Shown: positions 1 to 13,286 of the stretch, one piece after another
Layout of the letters: each line of letters opens with the position of its first letter
Position numbering within the stretch: position 1 is the stretch's first letter
Assembly (NCBI RefSeq): GCF_006345805.1
Contig: NC_042998.1
Location: forward strand, 155,186,001 to 155,250,000
Reading direction: 5' to 3'
From: Octopus sinensis
Lineage: Eukaryota
DNA length: 64,000 nt
Program-made: the position numbers and the translations under genes
The notes under the pieces: model-generated
What the model saw: only the letters and a program-made list of their open reading frames with translations
Database searches by the model: none
Told to the model about the DNA's origin: nothing

Positions 1-272
1 AAATGTAATTAAACAAGATAAAACTAATTTACAAAATCATTATAAAACTATGCAGAAAGCAATATCTATAAATGCACTATGTCTGATAAAACAAATAATT
101 CTTAATCTTCTCCGTCATTAGATTTCAATGCAAAAATATACTTAACATTATATATATACACACACACACACATATATATATACATACACACACATATATA
201 TATACATACACACACATATAAAACACATGCACAGAGTTTAATACAGGGGGCTTGTTTAGATTAAACAAGATT

Positions 273-350
273 TCAAATTATATGCATGCTTCTTAAGTAT
301 GCGTGATTACAATTCTTGCGACAGAGCCTATCTTTCAAATTTAGGTCAAG
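273..350 (-). CDS. Putative terminal coding exon (LDLNLKDRLCRKNCNHAYLRSMHII*)
   Basis: Pyrimidine-rich acceptor ending TTTTTCAG at 352-351 (minus). Open in phase 0, matching the phase-0 end of exon 637-667. TGA at 273-275. Confidence 0.35.
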   Translation of the reverse strand, partial: LDLNLKDRLCRKNCNHAYLRSMHII

Positions 351-636
351 CTGAAAAATAACAATGTGATTTTTTTAAAGTGACAATGTGATTTCTTAAT
401 GACTATATCTGGGACAAATGTAGTGATAATAATTTAAATTTATGGAATGTAGGGAAGATAATCAACAATTTTTATTTTGATCTTTCAATATATATTAAAT
501 AAACCATTTGATCTGAGAGCAATTTTTTTTTTTAATGGACCATAAATTAAAAAAAAAAACAAGAATGAATATAAATATTCAATGCATATATTTAATTTAA
601 AAGAAATTAAAAAAAACAAAGATTATAAAAGCTCAC

Positions 637-667
637 CTCAGTTTCTTGTTCAGTCAGATCTTCAGAA
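637..667 (-). CDS. 31-nt micro-exon (S)[10 protein letters not shown]
   Basis: Acceptor TTAATTTCTAG and donor GAG|GTGAGC. Phase 2 to 0, completing the AG left by exon 2480-2519. Confidence 0.6.
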
Positions 668-699
668 CTAGAAATTAATAATTTGTGTAAAAAAATTAA

Positions 700-1216
<517 letters not shown>

Positions 1217-2479
1217 TACACAGACATTACATATGTAAACATTTATGATGAACGATTTTATTTTCAAAATAATCTCTTTCTTTGTGTGTGTGCGCGTATG
1301 TGTGTGTGTTTTAAAACACACACACATGCATACGCACACATTCACATGTGTTCATGCACACATACAACATTCACATTTAAGAATGGGGTGGAAATAAATG
1401 CATGTATTATATTATCATATTACATTATATTTCAAGAATTCTAATGGCAAACAGGCAACGTAAAATAAGTGATATAACAAAGTAATGATATATAAATTTT
1501 AAGCAATGTCATCATAACATTGGAAATAATGCACTTCTATTTTCACAACTACCAGTCAACATGCTTCACAGGTTATTCACTATAAAACAGCACAGTATTT
1601 CTAGATTTTTTTTTAAAGAAACTACCTACCCTTTTTGTGCCTTGATAGCTTCTATGACAACTTTATGAAAGCTATTCATTTTTATTGTCAATTTAAATAT
1701 CTTTCAGTTGTATCCATGATTAATTTGAAGCTGGTTAAAGACACCATATCTACCTCTATTTCTACTGAACAGACAGAGCAGATGAGAAATAAAAACAACA
1801 GAATGTAGTGCTTCTACAGTACTGGCTGCTGCTGTCTCTCACACATGAATGTTAAAAGACCCAATCAATGAGACAACTCTATTCCAGCAGACTGCTGCTT
1901 GCAGTAGCAGTCAGCAGTACAAGTTTATCAGAGGGCCAAATTGGTATATGGTGATAATGATGTTAATGTTGATGATGATGATGTTGATGATAATACTCTC
2001 AATAAAAATAGTTGTAATAGTGATATTATTCACAGCACTAAACTTACAGAAAAACAGAAAATGGGCCCTCCATTGCTTTCAACAATGTCTATTCTACTTG
2101 TTTTACCAATAGAATTATCTTATTAAATTATAGTATTCCAAAGATACTCTTAACATAATGACAGATGGAAACAACTTGGCATGCGATCCTTTTGAATTAC
2201 AGGTATGATCCATTTGACAGGCATCTCAGTTTCACACTACACAATTTTAGTCATATATCTTGGGTCGACCCACTTACCTAAAGTGATGTATAGCGAGATT
2301 AAACCAAGGACCACAACAAATACCAAATGAACTTCTTAATTATTCAGCAGTAGAGCCCACATAAATAAAAACACACACACACACATACACACACACACAA
2401 ACTCATATACACTTACTTTTCAAAGTATTATTTTTCAATAATGGCATATAATTTTGTTATACAGCATAGCATCATTCAC

Positions 2480-2519
2480 CTACATTTTTCCTCACTTTGT
2501 CTGTCTACAGACCCAAGCA
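2480..2519 (-). CDS. 40-nt exon LGSVDRQSEEKC(S)
   Basis: Acceptor CACTTCCTTTAG and donor TAG|GTGAAT. Open frame; ends in phase 2, compatible with exon 637-667. Alternative acceptor at 2538. Confidence 0.5.
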
Positions 2520-3208
2520 CTAAAGGAAGTGATGTCACTTAAACATACACTAAAATCATTTTAAACATATATCAACAAAAGCATGCTGCTGTATTTAAAA
2601 AGTTTGTTTCACAGCTACATGGTTTGGGTCTGATATAGAGCATAATAATTATGTGACTTCTAAAATAGTTATGGATTGACCAATACTTTATGACTGAATC
2701 TGTGTGGAAGCCTGTCATATATACATCACACATACATACATGCCATGTGTGTGTTCATGTTAATGCTGATGTGGTTTCAAACAGTGTAATAGGTATTCTG
2801 TATAAAATTGTAACTTAGCAATTGTAACTTACCAAATATATATTGATATAGTAAGCATCATATAGAAATATGCTTGGAGTATATAAAATTAGCTAATCCT
2901 TGAAGACAGTAACTGGACTCCAGCATGGCTGGAGTTCAATTACTGGAATCAGCAAAAGAACAAAACATCATAAATAAATCAGATGTCCTATAAATGTACA
3001 TATGTCTCTCTCTCTCTTTCTCTTTCTCTTTCTGCATACATACATAGATACATACATACATGGTGGTTGCCCCCTTGTTATCGAGTATGGCCATTGCACG
3101 AAGTTTAATCAATGTTGTTATTGTGCAATGCCTGTGCAAGAAGATATTTTTTGAAGTGAGGAAAGGCTGTGCACTGAGTCAATCCCACTCACTAAGCAAC
3201 AGCAGCCA

Positions 3209-3444
3209 TAATCCGAAAAGAAGAACAAGTCAACATCATCAGTAACCACTGAGCCACAGGTTTTATGTCGGAGTTATCCCAGTTACCTGAGTTGCCTTCT
3301 CCTAGAAGGATGCCCTGACAAAGGCTAGGAGTACTTCACTCCCAATGGTTTAACTGCGCAATCGGGTATTCAATCCGATTATTTCTATGTCCCCGCGCAT
3401 GATACAGCTTTAAGACATTTATTGGATGGTCGTTGACTCTCAAG
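3209..3444 (+). repeat. 236-bp arm of near-identical inverted repeat (partner 5770-6005)
   Basis: Reverse complement of 5770-6005; only two substitutions noticed by eye. Confidence 0.9.
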
Positions 3445-5430
3445 TTGTTATATTGATGACTGTATCGGTCCGACCTCGCTCTCCTGTGAACAATTAGACT
3501 CGGTCCTCTCTTTTGTCAAATCTTTCCATCCTGCCCTCGAATTCTCCTGCACTATTTCTAACACTTCCATTGCCTTTCTCAACATTTTGGTCAGCATTCA
3601 TCACTCCACTCTCACCACCATCCACAACAAACACACCGACTCACACTCATACCTCAACTTCTCCTCCTCCCACCCTAAAGACATCAAGCTCTCTATCCCT
3701 TACTCCCAATTCCTTTGTCTGCGTAGGCTCTGCAGTGACAACCATGACTTTGAGACTCACTCTCAACTCATGGCTCGCCACTTCATCCTACATGGATATC
3801 CCCTCGCCACTATCCACACCGCCCTTGCCAGAGCACATTCTGTGGACCGTGCATCTGCTCTCTCTCCCCCTCACCTACCACCCCACCACCCTACCTCTCC
3901 AATACACCATTCTCCGGGCCTTCTGGCAACTCCAGACTGATCCCTCCACTTCACACATCTTCCCTAACCTACTCATCCCCTCCTTCATACGAGCCCACAA
4001 CCTACATGTCCTCCTGGTCCACAGTCACTTGCCTAACCCCACCTCCCAACCCAGCTCGTTCATCTGCTCCTGCCCATGCTGCCGCACTTGCCCCTACCTC
4101 TCCAACATCACCATCCTCACAGGTACCCATCATTGACCCTATCATATAACTGACTCCTTCACTTGCACTTCTAGCAATGTCATTTACTGCATCTCCTGCT
4201 CTCTCTGTCCTCTGTACATCAGTCAAACGGGACGCCGCTTGGCTGACCGGTTCACAGAATACCTCTGAAACATCAGACTTGGTGACAACACCCTGATTTC
4301 GCACCACTTCTGCTCTACCGGACTCTTGTCTCCACAATGGACAGAAATTAATCTTCTCTCTTCGCTCCTTTGCACCACATGGGCTCAACTCTTCTCCCCT
4401 CCTTTCTCCTATCTTCCTCTCACACCTACTCCCTATCTTCACTCCCACCCACCTCTCCTCTCCTTGCTTGAAACCTACTTCCTCTCTTCACTCCTACCCA
4501 CCTTCTCCCCTCCTCCCTCTCCCTTCATTGTCACCCTCTCCATCGTCACCCCACCCCTTACACATCCCAACCCCACCATCCTTATACATCCCATCCCACC
4601 CCCAACATTCCACTCCAACATATCCCACCCCACGCATTCCACTCCTACATACCCCCACTCTCACACCCCACTCCAACATACTCCACTCCTACCCCCACAC
4701 CCTCACCCCAACCCACACCATGCATCCTCCACCTTCGCATCCCCAACACCACCACACACCACAACACAACATACCACACATCACCACATCATCACACCAC
4801 AACACAACATGCAACACATCACACCACCCTGCACACACTAGCAGTGACAATTTCCCAGCTCCCACACCATCATCCACACACCTACACATGTACACAGCCA
4901 CACATCAAGGTCACCAGCCCCTATCCACACACACACATATGCTCTCACATACACACACACGAGCACCTTCATTTTAGGATCCCCACTACTTTATTATCTC
5001 CCCTTCCTAGCTCTCCTGTCTGGCCACCTCTGTCCAGCCATCATCATGATTGACTGCTAGCCACTAAAGCTGTTTTTATTCTCTCTCTGTTTATTTTCTC
5101 ATGTTCCTTTCTGTTGAAGAGCATAGACTTGAAATGTGAAAGACTTTCTCACCTTCCCAAGTGTTAAACTAATACATCTGTTTGTTGTTTACACACCTGT
5201 CTTCATCTTCTGATTTTTTTGTAAATTCCAACAACATATATATATATATATATGTATATTTGCCATGATAGATTGCTAGTCACTACACATTCTTTATTTT
5301 CGCTCCTTGTTTCTTTCTGTGTTCCTTTCTGTGGAAGAGTATAGGCTTGAAACGTTAAAGACTTTTTCACTTCTCAAGCATTAAACTAATACATCTGTTT
5401 GTTGTATATACCACTTGTCTTCATCTTTTC
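3445..5430 (+). mobile_element. 5'-truncated Penelope-like element: RT C-terminus, GIY-YIG endonuclease, pyrimidine/CA-rich tail, duplicated terminal unit
   Basis: ORF 3587-3940 SSSHPKDIKLSIPYSQFLCLRRLCSD (PLE thumb). ~4160-4320 reads CTSSNVIYCISCSLCPLYISQTGRRLADRFTEY (GIY-YIG). Tandem terminal repeat at ~5085-5215 and ~5300-5430. Confidence 0.85.
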
Positions 5431-5544
5431 TTTTTTTTTGTGAATTATATATATCCCCCTCTCTCTCTTTCGGAGAGGCACTGAGCAGCTATACGCACAC
5501 ATACACACACGGCAGTAACTTCCACCTACTGAATTCAATCACAA

Positions 5545-5591
<47 letters not shown>

Positions 5592-5769
5592 ATGTGTATG
5601 TCAGGTCACTTTCGAGTGCTACTGGTAACATGTAACCCATTTCTACCTGTTGCATGGTTGGGTCGTCGTCGACTAATCCGGCAACCCCACCAAGCTCGCT
5701 TGGTGTGGAGGGTGTTTATTAGTCACCCTGTGGGATGAAAAACAAAACCTGTCAAAGGGCGGAGGAACT

Positions 5770-6005
5770 CTTGAGAGTCAACGACCATCCAATAAATGTC
5801 TTAAAGCTGTATCATGCGCAGGGACATAGAAATAATCGGATTGAATACCCGATTGCGCAGTTAAACCATTGGGAGTGAAGGACTCCTAGCCTTTGTCAGG
5901 GCATCCTTCTAGGAGAAGGCAACTCAGGTAACTGGGATAACTCCGACATAAAACCTGTGGCTCAGTGGTTACTGATGATGTTGACTTGTTCTTCTTTTCG
6001 GATTA
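5770..6005 (-). repeat. Partner arm of inverted repeat 3209-3444 (part of a repeat at ~5620-6005)
   Basis: Runs from CTTGAGAGTCAACG to CTTTTCGGATTA, reverse-complementary to 3209-3444. Confidence 0.9.
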
Positions 6006-6180
6006 GTACAAAAGAAGTTCAGAAAAGTTCAAAAGGTTCAAACGTTGTGGTATATTGGAGTAATTTCTCATCAATGGAACAGTTCAGTGTAATCCATGTG
6101 TATGTAGGAAAGGTGCAGAAAAACCAGGTGGAAATCTGAAGTGTAGGAGGTGTAGAAAATCCAGGAAGAAGTCCAAAACA

Positions 6181-6737
6181 CTCTTCAACAGAAAGGAACA
6201 TGAGAAATAAACAGAGAGAGAATAAAAAAAGCTTTAGTGACTAGCGGTCAATCATGGTGACGGCAGGACAGAGATGGTCAGACAGGAGAGCTAGGAAGAA
6301 GGGAAGATAATAAAGTGGTGGTGACCCCAAAATGAATGTGGGTGTGCATGTGTATGTGTGTGCATGTGGATAGGAGCTGGTGACCTTCATGTGTGGGTGT
6401 GTGCTTGTAAAGGTGTGTGGATGATGGTGTGAGTGCTGGGAAGTGGTCAGTGCTAGTGCTGCAGGGTAGTGTGATGTGTGTGGTGTGTGTGCTGGGAAGT
6501 GGCCAATGCTAATGTGTGCAGGATGGTACAATGTGGTGTGGTGATGTGTTGTGGTGGTGTGGTCATGTGCAGTGTGGTTGGGGTGTGGGGATGTGAGGAT
6601 GAGGGGTGCAAGGGCGGGGTGTGGGTGAGAGAGTAGGGGTGGAGTAACAATGGAGGGGGTGATGAAGGAAGAGGGTGGAGGCAAGAAGGTGGGTAGGAAT
6701 GAAAAGAGGAAGTAGGTGTCAAGCAAGAGAGGAGAGG
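6181..6737 (-). mobile_element. Inverted, diverged copy of the Penelope 3' tail (cf. 4452-5121)
   Basis: CTCTTCAACAGAAAGGAACATGAG... is the reverse complement of 5121 and upstream; parallel TP..SSFHSYPPS reading frames. Confidence 0.8.
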
Positions 6738-6928
6738 ATGTATATATATATATATTATATTATATGGTAAGAGGAGGAATATAATATCCAGGCAGATACT
6801 TCAGATGGTATGTTTTTTGGTAAACTTCCTTTAGCTCCCATTCAATGTTAGTTTATTTCTAAGCTACATAGACTTTAAAGTACAATATTGTTTTTGTTGT
6901 CCATTTTCTTCTAATATATATATATTAT

Positions 6929-6964
<36 letters not shown>

Positions 6965-8772
6965 ATCATTATCACCGTTGTCATATGACACCTGCTTTCC
7001 ATGCTAGCATGGATTGGATGGTTTGACTGAGAAATGGCAAGCCAGGAGGCTGCACCAGGCTCCAATCTGATCTGGCAGGGTTTCTACAGCTGGATGCCCT
7101 TCCTAATGCCAACCACTCCGTGAGTGTAGTGGGTGCTTTTACGTGCCACCGGCATGGGAGCCAGTCAGGTAGCACTGGTATCAGCCATGCTTGAATGGTG
7201 TGTTTTATGTGCCACCAGCATGGGTGCTAGTCAGGTAGCATAGGCACCAGCCATGCTTGGATGGTGCATTTTATGTCCCACTGGTATGGGTACCAGTCAG
7301 GCCGCACTCCCATCAGCCATACTTGAATGGTGCTTTTTACATGCTACCAGCACAGGTACCAGTCAGGCGGCACTGACATCGGTCATGTTCAGAGGGTGCA
7401 TTTTATGTGCCACTGGCATGAGTACCAGTTAGGTGGTACTCCCATCAGCCATGCTCAAACGGTGCATTTTATGTGCCACTGGCATAGGTGCCAATCAGGT
7501 GGCACTAGCATTGGTTATGCTTGAATGGTGCTTTTTATATGCCACCAGCATGGATGCAAGGCAAGCGGCATTGTCATTGGCCACAGCTACAGTTTCACTC
7601 GGTACAACAGGTCTTCACATGCACAGCATATTGCCCAACAATCGAAGGCTGGTTTTTTAAATGGGCCAGATATGCAACATTGGCATTGGCCATGACTACA
7701 ATCTCACTTGGCTTGTCAGGTCTTCTTAAGCACAGCATATATTCAAAGGTCTCTGTTGCTTGTCATTGCCTCTCTGAGGTCCAACATTCGAAGGTTGTGC
7801 TTCACCACCTCATCCGATGTCTTCCTGAGTCTACCTCTTCCACAGGTTTCCTCCACTGTTAGGGTGTGACACTTCTTCACACAGCTGTCCTCATCACATG
7901 ACCATACCAGCACAGTTGTCTCTCTTGCACTTGTCTGATGCTTCTTATATCCAACTTTTTCTCTCAGGGTGCTTACACTTTTTCATGTATGTGCACTGAC
8001 ATTACACATCAAGTAGAGCATACTAGCTTCATTTCTTTCAAGCTTACGCATGTCCTCAGCAGTCCCAGCTCATGCCTCACTGCCATGTATCATGGCTGTT
8101 CGTACACAGGCATCATACAATCTACCTTTCACTCAGAGTGAGAGGCACTTTGTTACCAGCAGAAGTAGGGGCTCTCTGAACTTTGTCCAGGCAATTCTTA
8201 TTCTAGCAGCTATGCTCTCAGAGCATCCACTCCCGTTACTGACTTGGTTACATAGATAATGGAAGCTATCAACTACTTATAGTTTTTTTTCCCCTGGCAT
8301 GTGATAGAATCTGTTTTCTGAACAGCTACAGTGTTTATTGCACCTGTGCATCTGCCACACACAAATACTAACTTCCCAATTAATCTTCCTTGGATATTGC
8401 TGCACTTCTTATGTGTCCATAACTTACACTGGGTACGTCTTATGGAGTTTTTACCTACACCTTTTCTACAGATTGAGCAGGGCCCTCTATCTGAAGGGAT
8501 TTGTGATTTGTCCACCTTCCTACTTACTAAAACTTTGGTTTTTGCTAGGTTATTTCTAAGGCACTTTGGTTCTAGACCTTGCTTCCACACTGGAAACATC
8601 TTCTCTAGTTTTGGTAGTGACTCAGCTATTAGAACAAGGTCATCAGCATTGAGGAGCTCCCAGGGCAGCCTGTCTTGAATTCTTCTGTTATTGCCCGAAT
8701 TACTATGATAAACAAGAGGGGGCTGAGGACTGATCTCTGGTGAACTCTTACTTCCACCTGGAATGTTTTTCT
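6965..8772 (-). mobile_element. RTE-clade LINE 3' fragment (RT C-terminus plus 3' UTR with ~60-bp tandem units)
   Basis: ORF 8273-8599 WKQGLEPKCLRNNLAKTKVLVSRK...CSICRKGVGKNSI is homologous to 29900-30200. 3' UTR motif GGATGCCCTTCCTAATGCCAACCACTC. Confidence 0.85.
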
Positions 8773-9106
8773 GAGTGATGAGTCAAGAAATAGTTTACAT
8801 AAAAACATTCAGATCAGATAATAAAATTTTTTAATGATGATAAGATTTTATACAGAAGGATTGAAACTCTGCCAAACTCCAGCCTGATGCAAGACCCTTA
8901 GAAGCCAGATCCGAGAACTTTAAACGGTCTGTTGCATATTTTATCTTGTCAAAGACTCTATTACTTGATCAGGATATATTCATGTAAACTAATTTATATC
9001 TTCTAATCATTACAAAAAAATTTTGACCTGATCTGAATGTTTTTATGTAAACTATTTCTTGACTCATCACAGAGGATATACATATTTTATCTCCTTGTCA
9101 AAGACT

Positions 9107-9279
9107 CTACTCTTTTCTACTCTAGGCACAAGGCCTGAAATTTTTGGGGAGTTGGGGCCAGTCGATTAGATCAACCCCAAAGTTGACTTCGGTGGAATTT
9201 GAAGTCAGAATGTAAAGACAGATGAAATACCGCTAAGCATTTTGCCTGGTGTGCTAACATTTCTGCCAGCTTGCCACCT
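9107..9279 (-). mobile_element. tRNA-head SINE fragment with 12-bp target-site duplication
   Basis: Minus strand GGTGGCAAGCTGGCAGAAATGTTAGCACACCAGGCAAAATGCTTAGCGG; flanked by TTGTCAAAGACT at 9095-9106 and 9280-9291. Confidence 0.7.
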
Positions 9280-9621
9280 TTGTCAAAGACTTGATCGGAA
9301 TATAGTCATGTAAACTAATTTTTTATTCTTATCATTATAAAAAAATAAAAGATTTATTACCTGGTCTGAATGTTTTTATGTAAACTATTTTTTGACTCAT
9401 CACAGAGGATACACAAAGCCTCAAAACTTTTCTTATCATTGTCAAAGACTCTATCATTTGATTTGAATACATTTTTATAGAGTAATTTTTGACACCACGG
9501 AGGATACACAAAACCTCACTCTTTACTTTTGAAAATCTTTTCAATTAGTGAAACCGGTTAAGTTAATAAATACTTTTAAAGGACTCCTGCATTTTCAGGT
9601 TCTTTTCCTTATATATATATA

Positions 9622-10990
9622 CTAGCAAATGCACCTGTCCTTTGGATTGTGTAATTTATTATAATGGTGCAGTTAGATGTCGTTACAAGTTGATAAATGT
9701 AAAATGTGTAATTACCAATTTTGTTAGCAGTTTATTATATGGTATTATGCAACCAAGGTAATGAATAAAGTTCTTTGAACACAAATTTGGCAGTTAGTAA
9801 TAAATGAAAGTCCATGAAATAAGTTCGCAATTGCAGTAGGCATTAGGGATCCTATATCTTACCTAAAGTATTTTTAGCATGTAGTTATTTTACTCATAAT
9901 GCCTGACACAACCGCATTGAATCTTTTGTCAATGAAAGTCATAAACACACAAATAGAATAATGGCATGTACAAAAATAAATGTCAGAGCATGCTGTGAAG
10001 TCCTTGCAGCAGCAGTAGTTTCAGCATTACGCTTTCTTCAGGCTGTGCACTGTTGTGGAGAGTCTACAGCTGTTGCAACTGAAGCATTTTTGGTAAGACA
10101 CACCAACCAGATAGCCCATTGTTGAGGTGATTCAGTAGCCCTTGCAGTTGAAGCATTTTTGGCAAGACGTGCCAATGGGATAGTCCATTGTTGAGGTGAC
10201 TCGGTAGCCCTGCAGCAGCAACAGTTGCAGCATGATGGGCTTGGTGGATCACAAGCTCTTCTTCAGACTTTGAAGTCTTAATCGTTGCAGAAGTTGCAGG
10301 TGCATGTACTGCACAGGCAGTGGCATCATAGGCAGCCTGCTGGGACAGTCTGTGGGACCTCTGGTTTTGAGTTTCAGTATCCCAATATCTTCTGGCTTTG
10401 ACAGCAATGAATAAAAGTCTACCAATGCGAGCTCTGTTTCTCCTAGGTGGCATTGCAGGGTTATCTGCAAAGTGAAGATAGAGTGGGATTAAGTTGAATA
10501 CCTGAATGATGTTTGTTGTACTATTGTTTGCTGAGTGGGTTCAGAAAATTGTCACAATGGTCTTAGGAAGGGGTGAGACGTTTGAACCTTAGGCCATTCT
10601 AGCTAAACATTGTCTTAAAGCATTTAAAAAATAATTAAAAGTTGATTTAAATTGCATGGCTACCTCAAGGAAGTGCTAATGTGCAGATATTGGCGGTTTG
10701 CAGTGAATTGGCATTGTAGAAGATGTAGTAGAAGATGAAGTGAAAGTAGCATGACTACATCATCAAGAGTAATGACCCTTAAAGCAACAATCGTTGGTAT
10801 TTGCTATTTACCTATGAGAAGGTGCTTTCATCCCTTAGGGAAAATTTGTAGAGTCTATGACCATCTCTGTAACATAAGTGATGTATGTTCCTAGCATGAA
10901 TAAAATCGGATCAAAATATTGATTATAAGGGGGTCCAAGAAAAAAGCCTGTGAACACACACACACATCTTCTGTTTTATTATATATAAGA
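9622..10990 (-). mobile_element. Internally deleted Helitron-like element retaining an N-terminal ORF remnant
   Basis: Minus-strand 5' TCTTATATATAATAAAACAG and 3' ...CTAG|T with decayed hairpin. ORF MPPRRNRARIGR, then (frameshifted) repeats RATESPQQ..LARLAKNAST, similar to Helitron Rep N-termini I recall. Confidence 0.6.
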
Positions 10991-11024
10991 CATGTGTGTG
11001 TGTGTGTGGAACCCATTTAAGTGT

Positions 11025-11239
11025 GGTTGATGCCAGTAATGCCTAACTGGCCCTTGTGCTGGTTGCATGTAAAAAGCACCCACTACACTCTCAGAGTGGT
11101 TGGCATTAGGAAGGGCATCCAGATGTAGAAACCTTGCCAAATCAGACTGGAGCCTGGTGCAGCCTTCTGGCTTTCCAGTCCTCAGTCAAACCGTCCAACC
11201 TAGAAAGCAGACGTTAAACAACAGTTATGATGATGATGA

Positions 11240-11243
<4 letters not shown>
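11025..11243 (+). mobile_element. RTE 3'-UTR fragment ending in (GAT)n
   Basis: CACCCACTACACTCTC...GGAAGGGCATCCAG...GACGTTAAA plus (GAT)n. Confidence 0.8.
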
Positions 11244-11275
<32 letters not shown>

Positions 11276-11279
11276 TATT

Positions 11280-11590
11280 TTACTTATTTGTCATTTGACT
11301 GTAAGCCAAGTACTTATTCTATTGGTCTCTTTGCTGAACCACTAAGTTACAGGGACATAAACTCACCAACATCAGTTGTTAAGTGACAGTGGGGGGGGGG
11401 TTAAAAACAGACACACAAATACATACGTATACATATTCTTGTATATATATGACAGGCTTCTTTTAGCTTCTGTCTACCAAATCCACTCACAAGGCTTTGG
11501 TCGGCCTGAGACTATAGTAGAAGACACTTGTCCAAGGTGCCATGCAACAGGACTGAACCGGGAAGCATGTGGTTGGGAAGCACTCCTGTG
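11280..11590 (-). mobile_element. tRNA-derived cephalopod-type SINE
   Basis: Minus strand CTTCCCAACCACATGCTTCCCGGTTCAGTCC...GGCACCTTGGACAAGTGTCTTCTACTATAG...CCAAAGCCTTGTGAGTGGATTTGGTAGAC. Confidence 0.65.
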
Positions 11591-11620
11591 CTGATATAGA
11601 TGTATATATGTAAATATATG

Positions 11621-11655
<35 letters not shown>

Positions 11656-12068
11656 ATATATATATAATATATATATATAATATATATATATATACATATA
11701 TATATATTTTTAAATATAATAGCATATGAAACGTACACAAAGAGAAAACCACCATGTGGATTTCTTACATGCTAAAAATGGCAGTCAAAGCCTAAAACCA
11801 TGAAAAAATATTCTTACATTAAAGCAAGTTGATTTGTATGCAAGCAAGACATTTGAGTGAATAAAATATAGTAAACCTTATACTTATAAGTTTTGCTACT
11901 ACTGACCAAATAAAACAACTAATAAGATAATTAATTGATTATTTAATCATCTGTAGCTCATCAGTAAGGCTGCTAATTAAATGCATAAACATAAAACTGC
12001 AATACGTACTGAAAACACAAAGTAAGTACACATGCACTCAGTTCTATGTTCATACATCATGGATTCAC

Positions 12069-12139
12069 CTCAGAATGTCCTCATAAACGACATGTGACAC
12101 CAGAGTAGCATACCAATGAATAAATTCAAACGTATATAT
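12069..12139 (-). CDS. 71-nt exon IYTFEFIHWYATLVSHVVYEDIL
   Basis: Acceptor TTTTTGGGCCAG and donor GAG|GTGAAT. Only phase 0 is open, matching the phase-0 end of 15349-15489. Confidence 0.55.
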
Positions 12140-12173
12140 CTGGCCCAAAAATATTTAACTTTATAAATAAACT

Positions 12174-12227
<54 letters not shown>

Positions 12228-12253
12228 ATATAATATATATATATATATATGTG

Positions 12254-12334
<81 letters not shown>

Positions 12335-12389
12335 ATTCTTTTATATGTTTCAGCCTTAAGGCTGATACATATAAAATACTATATTACTA

Positions 12390-13102
12390 TATTAGGAAAA
12401 GGCCTCACCAAGGAAATGACTAGTGACCGAGACCTTTGGAAATATGCTGTGCTTGAGAAGACCCGGCAAGCCAGATGAAACCATAACCTGTGGCCTATGC
12501 TGGAAGCATAACCAGCCCGCTTATGCGTAGCTTTTCCTTCTTTGGTCACTAAACTTTGCTTGCGAAGACCTGTTGTGGCAAGTGAAATCAAAATCAAAAT
12601 CATTTCGATGACTGGCATCCATGCTAGTGGGGTGCAAAGAGCACCATACAAGTGTGATCGTTGACAGAGACGCTATTTGAGTATGATCATTACCAGTGTC
12701 ACCTTACTGGCACTTATGCCTGTGCTGGTAGGGTGCCAAGAACACCATCTGAGCGTGATCACTGTGATCGTTGCCAGAGCAGCCAACTGGCTTCCGTACC
12801 CATGGCACGTAGAAGGGTACCATTCGAGCATGATCGTTACTAACGTCGCTTCACTGGCATCTGTGTCGTTGGCACGTGTTAAAAAGATTCGAGCAAGGTC
12901 ATTGCCAGTACCGCCTGACTGGCCCCTGTGCAGGTGGCACATAAAAAGCACCCACTACACTCTCGGAGTGGTTGGCATTAGGAAGGGCATCCAGCAGTAG
13001 AAACTCTGCCAGATCAAGACTGGAGCCTGGTGCAGCCATCTGGTTGCCAGCCCTCAGTCAAAACCGTCCAACCCATGCTAGCATGGAAAACGGATGTTAA
13101 AC

Positions 13103-13132
<30 letters not shown>
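12390..13132 (+). mobile_element. RTE 3' fragment (RT end plus 3' UTR) with (GAT)n tail
   Basis: GLTKEMTSDRDLWKYAVLEKTRQAR* matches 30700-30780; tail at 13103-13132. Confidence 0.85.
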
Positions 13133-13133
<1 letters not shown>

Positions 13134-13286
13134 ATACATTCATCATATAATATTTTATCAGGATATTCTATACACTCAATTTATGAAAAGACAATATTTC
13201 TCTTGTATCTTAAAGTATCTCCTTATTAAAATTTTCAAGTAAAACTTCTAGCCTTCATCTATATATTTAATTATATCTTGCTTTAA

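Noticed and set aside
1700-2130. GAT/GCA-rich stretch with ORFs 1849-2112 and 1941-2126
   Set aside because: All frames I tested on both strands contain stops; no consistent splice pair.
4326-5053. Long Pro/His/Thr-rich ORFs
   Set aside because: Low-complexity Penelope tail open by chance.
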